From Selaginella moellendorffii (Eukaryota; Plantae; Lycopodiophyta): DNA of 64,000 nucleotides. The translations under genes were made by a program, and so were the position numbers. The stretch is from positions 3,418,398 through 3,482,397 of the forward strand of contig NW_003314266.1 of assembly GCF_000143415.4 (NCBI RefSeq), given 5' to 3'. Each line of letters opens with the position of its first letter. Within the stretch, counting starts at the first letter, position 1. The notes below the pieces were generated by a model. That model saw only the letters and a program-made list of their open reading frames with translations. It was not told the DNA's origin and ran no database searches. Positions 1 to 12,539 of the stretch are shown here, in pieces.

Positions 1-2791
1 CTGTGGCTGGATTCTGGAGCGTCATTCCATATGACGCCCATGGCTTCCTTGTTTTTTGACTACCAAGAACCGTGTGAGAGTGACGCCGTGGGACTCGGTG
101 ACTCCTCTGCTCACGACGTACTAGGCAAAGGAACAATCAGGGTTCAGCTCTCTTCTGGAGAAATCCGGGAGATCTATCCTGTGTCTTATGTTCCGGGACT
201 TACACACACGCTGCTGTCGATTGGAACTGCTGCTCAAGTAGGCTTCGATACTCTGTTCACAGCACAGGGAGCGTTCGTGCTGGATGCCGAGACTGGAGAC
301 AAGGTCGCTTTTGGAGTTCCAGTTGATACGCTCTACCGCCTGGATGCTCACGTGATCCTTCCACCTGTGGCGCTGATGGCTCGGGTTCCACCGACACTTG
401 CAACCTGGCACCAGCGCCTTGGTCACGTGAACGAGCAACAGCTAAAAAAGGTGGATGTTCCTGTCTGCGAAGCTTGTGTTGGTGGAAACGTTTTTCCTTT
501 TCCACAGATTTCTCATTCTCGAGCAAGTTCTGTTCTTGAGTTGGTACACTCGGACGTTTGTTCGATTATGGTTGAATCTTTGGGAGGCAAACGTTACGTA
601 GTCACCTTCCTGGATGATTACACGCGGTACCTGATGGTGTACCTGCTGGCTCATAAATCAGAAGTGTTCTCCTGTTTTAGCCAATACAAGGCTTTGGCAG
701 AAACTCTACACGGCTGTTTAGTTTGTGTGCTCCGCTGTGATCGTGGAGGAGAATTCGTCTCTGGCGAATTCGAGACGTTTTGTGCTGAAGCTGGGATTCA
801 GCGCCAGTATGCTGTCCCTGATGCACATGCCCAGAATGGTGCTGCCGAGAGGGTGAATCGCACCATCATAGAAGCTGCATGCTGTATGCTGCTTCACGCG
901 GGAATGCCGGCTGCTTTCTGGGGAGAGGCAGTGAACACGGCTGTTTATGTTCGAAACCGGTTGCCAACTCGTGCCCTGCCTGGGAAGACTACTCCTTATG
1001 AGCTTTGGACTGGTCACGCACCTGGTTACGATCATCTCCGCATTTTTGGCTGTTTTGCCTATGCACACGTTCCACACAAGCAACGCCGAAAGCTGGAGTC
1101 AAAGGCTGAGCCATCCATTTTCCTGGGATATTTGGAAGGCATGAAAGGATATCGCCTTTATTCTCTCAAGCGCAAGACTTTGCTGGAAAGACGGGATGTG
1201 CTCTTTGATGAGAGCAAGCTATACAAGGATTGCGCTGAAGTTCCTGCTCCTACTTTTGTGGAACTCCAGCTGGTGGACACAGTTCACGTGACTACAGCTC
1301 CTTCTCAAGTCCCGTTGCTGCCTTTTGCTCTTGCTGGTGGTAACTTGGTGGTTCCTCCAGCACTGCCACCACGCCCTCTAGCTACGCCTCTGCAAGAATC
1401 TCCTCCAATGAGAACACCTAGCTTCTCTAAAGAGCTGATGAACACTTACTTCGAGGGCGATGAGGAATTTCAAGCTGCTCCTGAGTTCTTCCTTGGCTCA
1501 TCTTCAGTGGGAGCTGGACGTGGATCATCACCTTCAGTGTGCGCTGGAAGCAGGTTGCCAACTTCAGTGGGAGCTCTCCCAGACTCTCCACTTGTTCCAC
1601 CACCTGTGATCCACCCTCCAGCATGTCCTGAACCACGGTGCTCTGCTCGAGTTCCTGTACCATCGAGGCTGCAACTGGAAGCTGAGCAATCTCGTCCCTT
1701 CTTTAGTTTTGGAAAAATTAAAAAGAAAGGAACGCACCAGGCTAACTTCGTGGCTGCTAATCTAGAGCGAATCCCCATTCCAGCGAATGTTGACGAGGCA
1801 TTAGCCGGACCTCATGCTGCCCAGTGGCGAGAAGCCATGAATGCTGAAATGCATTCGCATGAGCGAAACAATACAATGACAAAGACAACCTTACCTGAAG
1901 GTGCTCACCTTGTGAGCTCAAAATGGATTTACACAGTCAAGTACAAACCTGATGGAACTGTAGCAATGTTCAAGGCCAGGTTTGTTGCACGGGGATTCAG
2001 CCAGATTCCAGGTTTGGAATACATGGAGACGTACTCACCAGTTGTGAAGTGGACCTCTGTGCAAGTGATCCTTGCACTGGCTGCCAAGTACAACCTGGAA
2101 CTGCACCAGTTGGACGTTCGCACTGCTTTCCTGCACGGCAAGTTGAACAAGGAGGTCTACGTCAAGCAACCACCTGGATTCGTCAAACCTGGTGAGGAAC
2201 ATCTTGTTTGCAAGCTGAATCGCGCCCTGTATGGGCTTAAACAATCCCCGAGGGTTTGGTTTGAACGCATTGATGCGTTCTTCAAGAGCCTGGGGTGTGT
2301 TCCTCTTGCAGTGGAAGGAAACGTGTACCTGTACAAGTGTGGTGACGATTTTCTCCTGGTTGCTGTGTACGTTGACGACTGCATTCTCGGTGCAAAAACC
2401 CGCCACCTGCTGGACGAGATGAAAAAGAAGCTGAGTGAAGAATTTGAGATGTCTGACCTGGGCGAGCGTCGCCATTTCCTTGGCATCCAAATTATACGCA
2501 ATCGAGGAGCACGCACCTTGAGTTTGACACAAGCTCACTATGCAAGGGAGATCTTGGAACGCTTCAATATGCTGGACTGCTCTTCCGTGGCCACACCTCT
2601 TGAGGTCAATCACAAACTCAGCCGTGACATGGCCCCTGTCACAGAGGAAGAACGTGAGTACATGGCCACGGTGCCATATCGTCAAGCTGTGGGAAGTCTT
2701 GTTTATTTGATGCTGGGCACGCGACCAGATCTCGCCTATGCTGTTGGGATGGTCTCCCAGTTCCTCGAGAACCCCGGACCTGCACATTGGC
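1..2791 (+). pseudogene. copia pol polyprotein (PR-IN-RT), broken by nested insertion
   Basis: 936-aa ORF with copia motifs. It reads ...PGPAHW and then runs into the inserted LTR. Confidence 0.9.
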
Positions 2792-4042
2792 TGAAGAGAA
2801 GGAGAGCAGAAGCTACGATGGTGGATGACTCCCAAGGATAGTCGTATATAATATCAAAGATATATATACATGATGAAGAGACACGCCTCTAGCCTACACC
2901 TGGATCAGTGAAGTGGCACTCCTGCCACCTAGGATCATGTCATTGAGAGCGTACACTCAACACTCCCTCTCGATCTCGATGACATGAATCTGAGATCACT
3001 CTCCCTCTGCATCCAAGCACTCCATCCACGACAGAAATCTGTCTCTGCTCAGTGCCTCCTCTCAGCACCTCTGCCAGTGCCTTCTCACACCAGCGCCTCA
3101 CTCAACGCTCCAGTGGAGTCTCTGCTCGGCCAGCCCTCGGGGCCTCATGCCTCTACACCCGGCACTCACCTCTGGCGAGTCTCTGCGGGGCCTCGCACGC
3201 CCTAGCGCCTCGTTCACGGCCTCTGATCACAGTCTCTCCTCTCTCAGCGCCTCTGCCAACGCCTCTCTGCTCGTGCCTTGCACCACTCTCTCAGGGTCGC
3301 TCTCTCACACCTCAGCGCTCCGGTGCCTCAAGCCAGCCCTCATCGTCTCAGCCTCGATCAAGCCTCCTCGGCCAGAGTCCTAACGGCTCTCTCCCTCTGC
3401 TATGGAGCCCTCTCACACCTCAGCGCTCTGGTGCCTCAAGCCAGCCCTCATCGTCTCAGCCTCGATCAAGCCTCCTCGGCCAGAGTCCTAACGGCTCTCT
3501 CCCTCTGCTATGGAGCCCTCTCACAGCCCAGCACTCAGCATTCCTGCTTGCCTTTGGACAATACCTCTGTCCAGTCCACCAGTGCCCCAGCACTCCAATC
3601 CCTTCGCACCTCTGCCTGCAGCCCTTGGTGTCTCGCGCCTCTACCCTACAGGGTGCCCAGCGCTCACCTCTGCTCGGCCAGTGCCTCACGCCACAGCGCC
3701 TCTGGGCTGGTCTCTGCTTGATCACGCCCTAGCGCCTTGCTCAGCTCGCTAGTGCCATTATCTTGGCACTCAGTACAGCACAGTGCCAAATCTTGGCACC
3801 TCTCAGCCAAGTCCAGTGGCTCATCGTCATCCTCGCTAGCCTCCTCCTCGGCCAGCGCCATCGTCCCTGGATCTGAAGCCCTCAGGGCTCTGATACCATG
3901 AAGAGAAGGAGAGCAGAAGCTACGATGGTGGATGACTCCCAAGGATAGTCGTATATAATATCAAAGATATATATACATGATGAAGAGACACGCCTCTAGC
4001 CTACACCTGGATCAGTGAAGTGGCACTCCTGCCACCTAGGAT
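2792..4042 (-). mobile_element. Non-autonomous small LTR element (TRIM-like) nested in copia RT
   Basis: Direct repeats 2792-2935 and 3899-4042 are identical over 144 bp. The full left LTR is TG...CA at 2792-2962. On the minus strand there is a tRNA-iMet PBS (tggtatcagagc, 3887-3898) and a PPT (gagagggag, 2963-2971). tggc flanks both ends. No pol motifs internally. Confidence 0.9.
3302..3525. repeat. 108-bp tandem duplication inside the TRIM
   Basis: Unit ctctcacacctcagcgct...tatggagcc starts at 3302 and again at 3410, with a partial third start at 3518. Confidence 0.9.
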
Positions 4043-4693
4043 GGCAAGCTGTGAAGCGGATTTTCCGCTACGTTCGAGGTACCTTGCATTTGCAGCTTCA
4101 CTATGGCGCTGCTGTGTCACAGGAACTTCATGGGTACTCGGATGCGGACTGGGCGGGCGACCAGGACTCAAGGCGCTCTACCTCCGGGTATACGTTCTTG
4201 CTCCATGGGGTTGCTGTGTCCTGGAGCAGTAAGCGCCAGCCGCTGGTGGCTCTGTCCTCGACAGAGGCAGAGTACATTGCCCTAACTGCTGCCAGCAAAG
4301 AAGCGATTTGGTTGACCCAGTTCTGCCGTGACCTGCTCCAGATTCCTGCTTGCACCGGCCCTATGGTGCTGTTCTCGAACAACCAAAGTGCTCTTGCACT
4401 GGCCGCCAATCCACGCTTCCATTCTCGGACGAAACACATTGAGATTCGTTTCCACTACGTGTGGGAACAAATCCAAAATGGAAAGTTGTTGCTGGAATAT
4501 TGCCCAACCTCTTGCCTTGGAAGAACAGCAACGATCCACGACTGAACATCTCCTTCAAGGCAAGCAGAAGATCAAGTCAGAGGCAATGGTGGCTGATATA
4601 CTCACGAAGGCTTTGGCTCGAGACTCCTTTGAACGCCATCGCGCTGCACTGGGAGTCTGCTCTCCATCTGTTTCGGCTGAGTGGGAGGGGTAG
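4042..4693 (+). pseudogene. copia RT end / RNase H, frameshifted by a 70-bp insert
   Basis: WQAVKRIFRY...DADWAG...RTKHIEIRFHY...EYCPT, then EAMVADILTKAL continues in another frame. Confidence 0.9.
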
Positions 4694-4727
4694 TCCATCC
4701 TCTCAGCTGATCAAGCCAGAGTGGGAG

Positions 4728-4866
4728 TGTCGAGATGTCAGTCTCGATCAGCTGACGTGGCATGTCCACGTGGCCATGAGTCATGTCCCTTGAGTCATGT
4801 AAAAAGAGTCGGAACACAATGAACGAGCTCATGAGTGTTATGTCCATCCCTTTTTACACCACAACA
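4728..4866 (+). repeat. 3' LTR of the copia element (139 bp)
   Basis: Starts with TG immediately after the PPT and ends with CA exactly where homology to the duplicate (13023) begins. Confidence 0.8.
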
Positions 4867-7800
4867 GATCCCCGCCGAGTCCATGCTCCTAAACATCTCG
4901 ATCGCCTTGCAGCCAACGCCATCCAGGTCTTCCACGCCCTCCCGCGAAGAAGCCTCTTCTCCTGGAACTTCATCATCGCGGCATTCGCCAAGAACAGGCA
5001 CGCTGAGGAGGTGATTGCCGAGGAATCCATCACTGGCGACAATGTGGGCGTGGATTCACCGCCCCTGCGGTAGGTCTGCCGCATTAGGAGCGCGGCGTAG
5101 GTCTGGCGCACCTGGAAGGGCGACTGGAATTGCAAGTTCGTCGTCGAGGGTTTATAGTGGATATGCTAGGAATATGCTAGTGAAAGTCTTTTATACGTCT
5201 TTGATTTGATTTTTTGTATCTTTTGGTACGCTGTAAGAATTCATTGGGATGATCAATCACACAGGAACCAGCCAGCCGCATCCTTCTCCCACTCTCCAAT
5301 GCATCTAGAATGAAAATCACCAAAGCTTTTGGCTATGGCTCATCTTCTTGATTTTGGGCATTCCTTGACTAATTTTGTTTAGTCATATTAATGCAACCGA
5401 ATTGAGGAATCACAACCATTACATTAAGGAATATCGTACTTGGATATTCTAAATATATAGCTTCAAATGCTGAAACTATTGGAACGTACACGGAAGGGCA
5501 TGTTGAATGTTGAATATTGAATGTTGAAATGTTGAATGTTTTCACGGGCTTTTACGTGTTTTCCATGCTTCCATCGCAAGGATAGTTCAATCCCGAACCT
5601 CTCAAACGTAAACCTTACATGCATATCGTATGGGGCCCGTCATCTTTACAGGGTCGGCCCGAAGCTAAAACTTTCAGTATATAAGCTCACTCGTGCAAGT
5701 GCGAAGCAATCATCCATGGCGAGCAACATGATAGCTTTGATCTTGATCTTGCTGGTGGTGGTAGGGGCAGCACCGTTTGCGATTGCGCGGCCAGCGGCTC
5801 TGGAAGGCGATCGCGCTCTAGAGATCAAGAACATGTTCGAGGATTGGGCTGCCAAGCACGACAAGAGTTACAGCAGCGACTGGGAGAAGGCTCGCAGGCT
5901 GATGGTCTTCTCCGACACTTTGGCGTACATCGAGAAGCACAACGCGCAGCCCAACACCACCTTCACGCTCGGCCTCAACAAGTTCTCGGATCTCACAAAT
6001 GCCGAGTTCCGAGCCAATTACGTCGGCAAATTCAAGCCCCCGCGCTACCAGGATCGCCGCCCGGCCAAGGACGTGGACGTGGACGTGTCGAGCCTCCCGA
6101 CGAGCTTGGATTGGAGGCAGGAGGGAGCTGTGACACCGATTAAAGATCAGGGCCAGTGCGGTATGATAAGAACTCGTCGTTTTTTTTTCTTTTTCTTTCT
6201 AATCTCTCTTCTATTTGGCCTTTGTGGGTGTGGGTGATTCGCATGATCCACAGGGAGCTGCTGGGCTTTCTCGGCGATTGCATCGATCGAGAGTGCACAC
6301 TTTCTGGCGACGAAGGAGCTCGTTTCTCTGTCCGAGCAGCAATTGATAGACTGTGACACGGTAGACCAAGGATGCCAGGGTGGGTTTCCGGACGATGCGT
6401 TTAAGTTCGTGGTGGAAAACGGTGGTGTCACCACGGAGGAGGCCTATCCATATACAGGATTTGCAGGCAGTTGCAACACGAACAAGGTTGGTATACTTCA
6501 CTAATTATTTCATATTATAGCTGTTTTTTGTTCTTTAAAGAATAAGGTGGTGGAGATCACTGGTTATAAAGACGTCACAAAGGACAGTGCTGACGCCCTG
6601 ATGAAAGCAGTCTCCAAAACTCCCGTGACCGTTGGCATCTGCGGCAGTGACCAAAACTTCCAGAATTACAGAAGTGTAAGAAAATCTCAAATATTATTTC
6701 TATTTATTTCTAACTTAATTACATCGTTTTCCAGGGAATTCTTTCTGGTCAGTGCTGCAATTCGCGGGATCATGCGGTCTTGGTCATTGGATATGGAACC
6801 GAAGGTGGGATGCCCTACTGGATCATCAAAAACTCGTGGGGAACTTCCTGGGGGGAGGATGGATTCATGAAAATCAAGAAAAAGGATGGAGAAGGGATGT
6901 GTGGGATGAACGGACAGTCATCATACCCCACTACTTCGTAAAATAACCACTTTATAATCCAAACTTTATATTAATATATCAATTATACACTGCCATGAAA
7001 TTTGCTCTTTTGACTATGCTATGCAGTAGATCCAGAGCTAGGTATGGCCACAGCATCACGATCTAGGGAGAGCTGCAGGCTTGCAGCAGCAAACAGTCAT
7101 GATTGAGAGTTAGGTACTATGTGATCCAGAGCTAGGTGGAGCGGATACACCTACAGGCAAACTAAAGTACAAGTATCTTTTTATCACTATATATTGGTCA
7201 TTACATTCATGTGGACTTACGCATATAAAAACCTAAAGAAATTTAAAATATGAGAGAGCTGAAGAATTGCCAAAACACTTCAAAGTTTTCTAAATGGAAT
7301 TTGAAGAAAACATTTTAGGGGGGTGTGATATGTATTTGAGAAGAAAATCACAAATATATTACAAGATTCTTCAATAAGTAGTTCAAAAGTTTAATTGCAG
7401 TATGTTATTTTAGAACTTGTTTTGAAATATTCTGTTTATTAAATAGTTTACTGATGCACTCATGCTTGGTTTGCTTAACAAGAGTGCTTACTGTTTAATA
7501 GTCTAACTGTAAATTTTAAATACAAGATTAATCTTATTATTTATCAACCATTAGATGTTAAAATAAATGAAACATAGTAATGTTTATAAATTATAAACAT
7601 ATTTATAAATTATAAATTCAATATTAATCTAAATGAATAAATTAATTTGAAAATATAATAAAATACACTTGAAAGTTCTGTAGCAAAGTCAGGCTTATGA
7701 GATCCAAATATACAGCTAGAATACAATATCTGTATAGTGGGACTTTGATAGCTGTTTGATTCACTTTAATTAGAATCACTCACTCTTATATATAAGTTAC

Positions 7801-10290
7801 GAATTTTGGGTTAATATTATTTATTTATATATATATAAGTATATATATATTCCATGCACTCATATTGGTGGAGTTGAAAGGCAACTTTAATTATCTTTGC
7901 CAAAGTAATAGCCTCCTCATTTTTTGACTATAAAGTAGCAAATGCTTAATGACATGATTTCTATTAAACAATCAGACACAATTGATGGGAGTATTTATTA
8001 TATGGCTCTTCTTACTTTTGTTCCTAATCCTCACATTAGGCTAAAGTTCTTCTATGAAAATCCTTGGTATGATATATATTATTAGTTTGATCACTTTACA
8101 ATGATTGCTATTTATTATTCTTGGGATGATGTATAGTGTTTATGTGAGTTTCCCACATATCTTTAGTGGACAACATTGCAGTGGTACAATAATTTGTAAG
8201 TAACCACTAATGCAAATAAAATTTTTTTTCTAGACATCTGTAAGTACACATTTTGGACACTCATTTGGCTTCTGTTTTGGCCACTATTATATGGCACCTT
8301 TTTGGCTCCACTTTAAGGTTTAGGGATTTGTGTCTTATAACTCCACCACCCATACACGAAGTTTGATGTCTTCATTAAACGATAAACTATTTTATAAAGT
8401 CGCACCAGTATATATTACTATTTCTATCCTTAGCACCAAGCCAATGTTCGTTAATGGCTTGACACCGAATGCTCATTATGCCTTTCCTATCCTCTAACAA
8501 GTATAATATCTCCAACTTAGAGATTCATTAGGCCACTTATAGTAGTCCTTCCCCTTTCCTTTGTTTAGTTTATGCTAAACTCGTTAGAGACACCTTCTTT
8601 ATTTCAATTTGAGTACTCATGTTAATGATTCTAATAATGCTTTTTAGCAACTCCATCTTCTCTATCTAAGGCTGTTTGAGTCAATTATGCAATTTAGTAT
8701 TTGCTTTCAAAGCTTTTAACTTTGTATGAAACAAATATGTTAGAGTGGATTAAGTTGGGAATGTTGTGGTTAATGCTTTGTCAAGATTTCATGAGATTTG
8801 TGTATAAACTTGCCCCAACCACCTTTGATAATACTTTTCAATTGACATAATATATTATGAGATATCACCTCTTTTATTTATCACTACACATACGTCATCT
8901 CTACTTCATGTGGGAGATGATCTTATTCCAATGAAGGTTGACATTACTTTTGCCTGTGTTCAAGGACAAGTGTAAAGACGTGATTGTGTCCATGGTCGTG
9001 ATGTTCACTACTAAACATATGATGAAATTAGCCATAAGTATTAGTGTTGTTAGCATTTTTTAGATTGGCATCCTCTATTTTCTAGGTGGAAGTTTAGCGT
9101 AAACAATGTTCTGTTGGCACTATTACAATAACATATAGACTCTTCTAGAATGCATGTGTAATGGAGGGTCCTTGTGCGATTAAATAAATGACTACTTTAT
9201 CTTTTTAAAATAAAAGGTTCTATATTATCCTCTCCATATTAGTTGATATATGCTTGAATTTATTTTCTATCATTAAGCATGTTGTTGTCTATAATTATAT
9301 CATGCACTTGAGTTAGTCTTTTTTTTCTATGGCAACAGCTATACACATGCATATGCACAGGATGAGGCAAACCTAGTTGTGCATATGTTTGAGTTTTAAT
9401 CATCGCAAGTGGTGTTGAATCAATTTTTTGACATCATCTTGGTATAGATTAATTGTAACACAATCATACCATTCCTCTCACTTCTATTCTATTTCATCCC
9501 TTTACTTTTACATTTGCTTTTATGACTTTTGTGTTTTTATTTGTTTCTATTATGTTCTATTTTTGCTATTTTATTCCCTTTTCAAATCCCTTAGATAGTG
9601 ACAATTTTTGTGTTATAGCAATTGACTGGTTCAAGAAAGAGTATGTTGATTTATTTGATTTTGACTTGTCATCTGTAGCCAAGATTGCAATACATAATCT
9701 TACTCCAACTAGGGATGCTTGTCCAATTAAAATTTTTATCTAGTGTCTTTCATTAAAGAAAATCAAAAATTATATACACAAATGTCAAGAAGATGTTGGA
9801 GAAATGTGTTATCTAAAAGTCTCAAAGTCTTTAGGTATATAAATCTTATTTTGTAATGAAGCATAATGGGAGTATTTTATTTTAAAGTTCCCTATTATGA
9901 TAGGTTATCTAAAATTCTTTACTCTAAAATATGTGAATGATATATAGTATTTCCTAGGCAATGTGCAATATTTCAGTCATTTTGTTGATCAATTTTCTAA
10001 TTATATTGCACTATTGTGAGTATTGCTAAAGTCATCAACATCATCTTTTATCTAGCTTTGAACTATGAATGGGCATTTGCATATCTCAAAAAGTTATTGA
10101 TGACTTTTGCATGAAGTTTGGCACTATTTTAGTATATCAATTGGCTACTGCAAGGATATGAGTATGCTAATTGGTATTTAAATTAGGCTTAGACCCAAGT
10201 TAGATGCAAAACAAAGATAAGTATGCAAGCATGAGCTAAATTATACCTTAGGTTGATCAACCATGCCTAACCTACTTATTATCCTTACTA
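4867..10290 (+). repeat. Segmental duplication A, copy 1 (partner 13023-18452)
   Basis: Near-identical sequence and identical ORF set at offset 8156, becoming 8162 after a 6-bp indel. Confidence 0.95.
5716..6941 (+). CDS. Papain-family (C1A) cysteine protease with I29 propeptide, 4 exons (5716-6160, 6254-6486, 6541-6675, 6735-6941)
   Basis: Signal peptide, [23 protein letters not shown] (joined across intron 1), DHAV and IKNSWG catalytic motifs. GT-AG introns restore the frame. Confidence 0.93.
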
Positions 10291-12450
10291 TCCTGACTAC
10301 TAGTCCCACTAACCTTTGGGACTTCTTCATCATGTAACTATATCCTTTATCACTAAACAAAAATAACCATTCTTTTTCCTTTCTACAATTTGAGATTTTG
10401 GAATAACATTTTGAAATAATGTGGCTTAAAGCAAGCTTCATGGGTACTCCTCCCACCTTTTGCCACTAGAGTGTGTTAGTTATGTGGCTTTGAGTGAGGT
10501 TTTGATGAGTCATGCAAAGTATTTAAGTAGGTAATACTATTGTAGTGCACTTTATCTCTCTCCCCTTAAGACAACTGGAAAAGGGGCAATTACTTAATAA
10601 AAAAGCTTAAATCATCATCCCCTTCAGAGATGTCAATTTTCTCATTGATTATTAACTAATAATCCTTATTGAGCCAAAGGGAATTAACACCTTTATTTCC
10701 CCAATCTATTAATCTTTCTATCTTATAAACTAATTATTCTATGTAAGGCATCACATCATTCACTTGTACTATATCCCACAACCCCTATTAAGCCAAAGGG
10801 AACCAACACCTCTATTTTCGCAATCTACCAATTCTTCTATTGTATAGATTAACTATTCCATGTGAAGCAACTAATTATCTATTTGTATTACATCCCACAA
10901 TAGATATCTTCATTCATGGATGCTCCATATGAAGGAAGATATATACATGGATGCTCAATATATACAATTTCAAATTTAGGGGTAGGAATATACCTTGTTT
11001 ATGAGTGCTTTGGATAATTTTGTGGTTGCAAACATAATTTGGCAAGCTAGACTAGCAATGCAACTGTTGGGAGAACCAAAGACTATAAAGTTTATTCACT
11101 ATAAGTGTATAAATGATATACAATAATTCTTGAGAAATGTGCAATAATTTGGTTATTTATTGATCATATTTTTAATCGTACTGCACTATTTTGACTATTG
11201 CTAAAGTCATCAACACCATCTTTCATTTAGTTTAATGACTTTAAATGGGCATTTCTGCATTACAAAGGAGTTATTAATGACTCCTTCAGTTTTGATATAT
11301 TCTAATTGTGTGGATGTTTTTTATATTAGTTTCAAAATTGTGTTAGCCCAAGTGTGTTTGGATATTAAGGGATGATTGTGAAGGGCATAAACTTTCAACA
11401 TTCAAATTAAGATGGTTATTTACCATCTCTTTGATATACATATGTCACAGAGGTATAGAGTTTTATTAGTGCCTCACCATAAAAATTCTTACATGGTCAT
11501 AATACGATACTATTAATGGAGTTAAGTTTACCTTTGCGATTCCTACGAGCTACCAATGCTAAGTCTTAGGATTTATATTTGATGAGCATCCATCCACTAC
11601 TTTGAGTAAAATTGTTGAATATTTAAGCCATGTATACATGGACAACAATGATACTACAACTCACATCATCATCCACTTACAAGGTATAAAGTGGATAATC
11701 TAGTGTTAATTCATTTTCCCAATTTTATAGTATGTGGTTTGTCTAAAGGGCTCCTTATTTAGTGGAATGGACTGTATTAAATATTATGGTAAATTGGACC
11801 ACAAGTTTATGAGGTTTAGTATAACATTTAATAAGTTGATCCTCTAGAAATTGTGCATATGCAACAGCTAAAGTGCTTCATATAGGTTAGTCTTTAGAAT
11901 TTTTTTGAAAATCTATTAAATATGAAATGGTGCTAAAATTATGATCATGGTATTTAAGATGCTCTCTATATTCCATAAATATGCCTCTCCAGTAGATATA
12001 AACACTTGCAACAAATAACATATAGGACAAAAACAATACTAACATAGTGAGGGTGTCTTTATAAATACAGTAATGTATCATATAACAATATTAAGGTACA
12101 ATATATATAAGTCAAAGATATATAGCAAAAGAGAATTAAAAGTCAAACCAAGTATGCTCAATAAAAAACAACACATATGAATTATTACTTTATATTTATC
12201 TAGCTAAGTACATATGCTAAACCCAATTAACTACCATTTGGACAAAAGGGGCTAATAAAGGAACTAACAGTATCCATTGTGGCAGTAAAGAGAGGGTGTT
12301 AACCTGATAAGTACATTTTTAGAAAAAAAAAAGTTTTCTTGGATTGAAGATTAGATACTAGTATGATTAAAATTATTATAAATATTGCTAGTTAGACCTA
12401 ACTCCTTTTGCTACAAGTTTTCAATGGGATCCAGCATAATCTGTGGCATC
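7200..12450. mobile_element. Highly degenerate AT-rich LTR-retrotransposon relics
   Basis: No long ORFs. The LTR end near 8260-8340 resembles 22940-23021 and is followed by a PPT-like tract. Segments also resemble 23150-23340 and 27920-28150. Confidence 0.5.
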
Positions 12451-12539
12451 CTGGATCACAATACTACAGAATAATCTGGACAGAGAAACTCTTGAAGCTT
12501 ATCACGCAGAATAGTCCATTCTGTCCAGAAGCTACAGTG

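Larger units (their letters stand above)
1..4866 (+). mobile_element. Ty1/copia LTR retrotransposon (5' part outside window), disrupted
   Basis: Protease DSGAS at the window start, GAG-pre-integrase WHQRLGH..CEAC, integrase core, RT (KARFVARGF, YVDD) and RNase H (DADWAG, EAEY, RTKHI) in copia order. PPT agagtgggag at 4718-4727, then a TG...CA LTR at 4728-4866. Confidence 0.95.

Noticed and set aside
3052-3732. 226-aa Ser/Pro/Leu-rich ORF in the TRIM interior
   Set aside because: Antisense to the element, non-ATG start, low complexity, and inflated by the 108-bp repeat.
5536-5715. 60-aa N-terminal extension of the protease ORF
   Set aside because: A TATA-like tatataa at ~5678 and the signal peptide after ATG 5716 indicate that this is promoter and 5' UTR.
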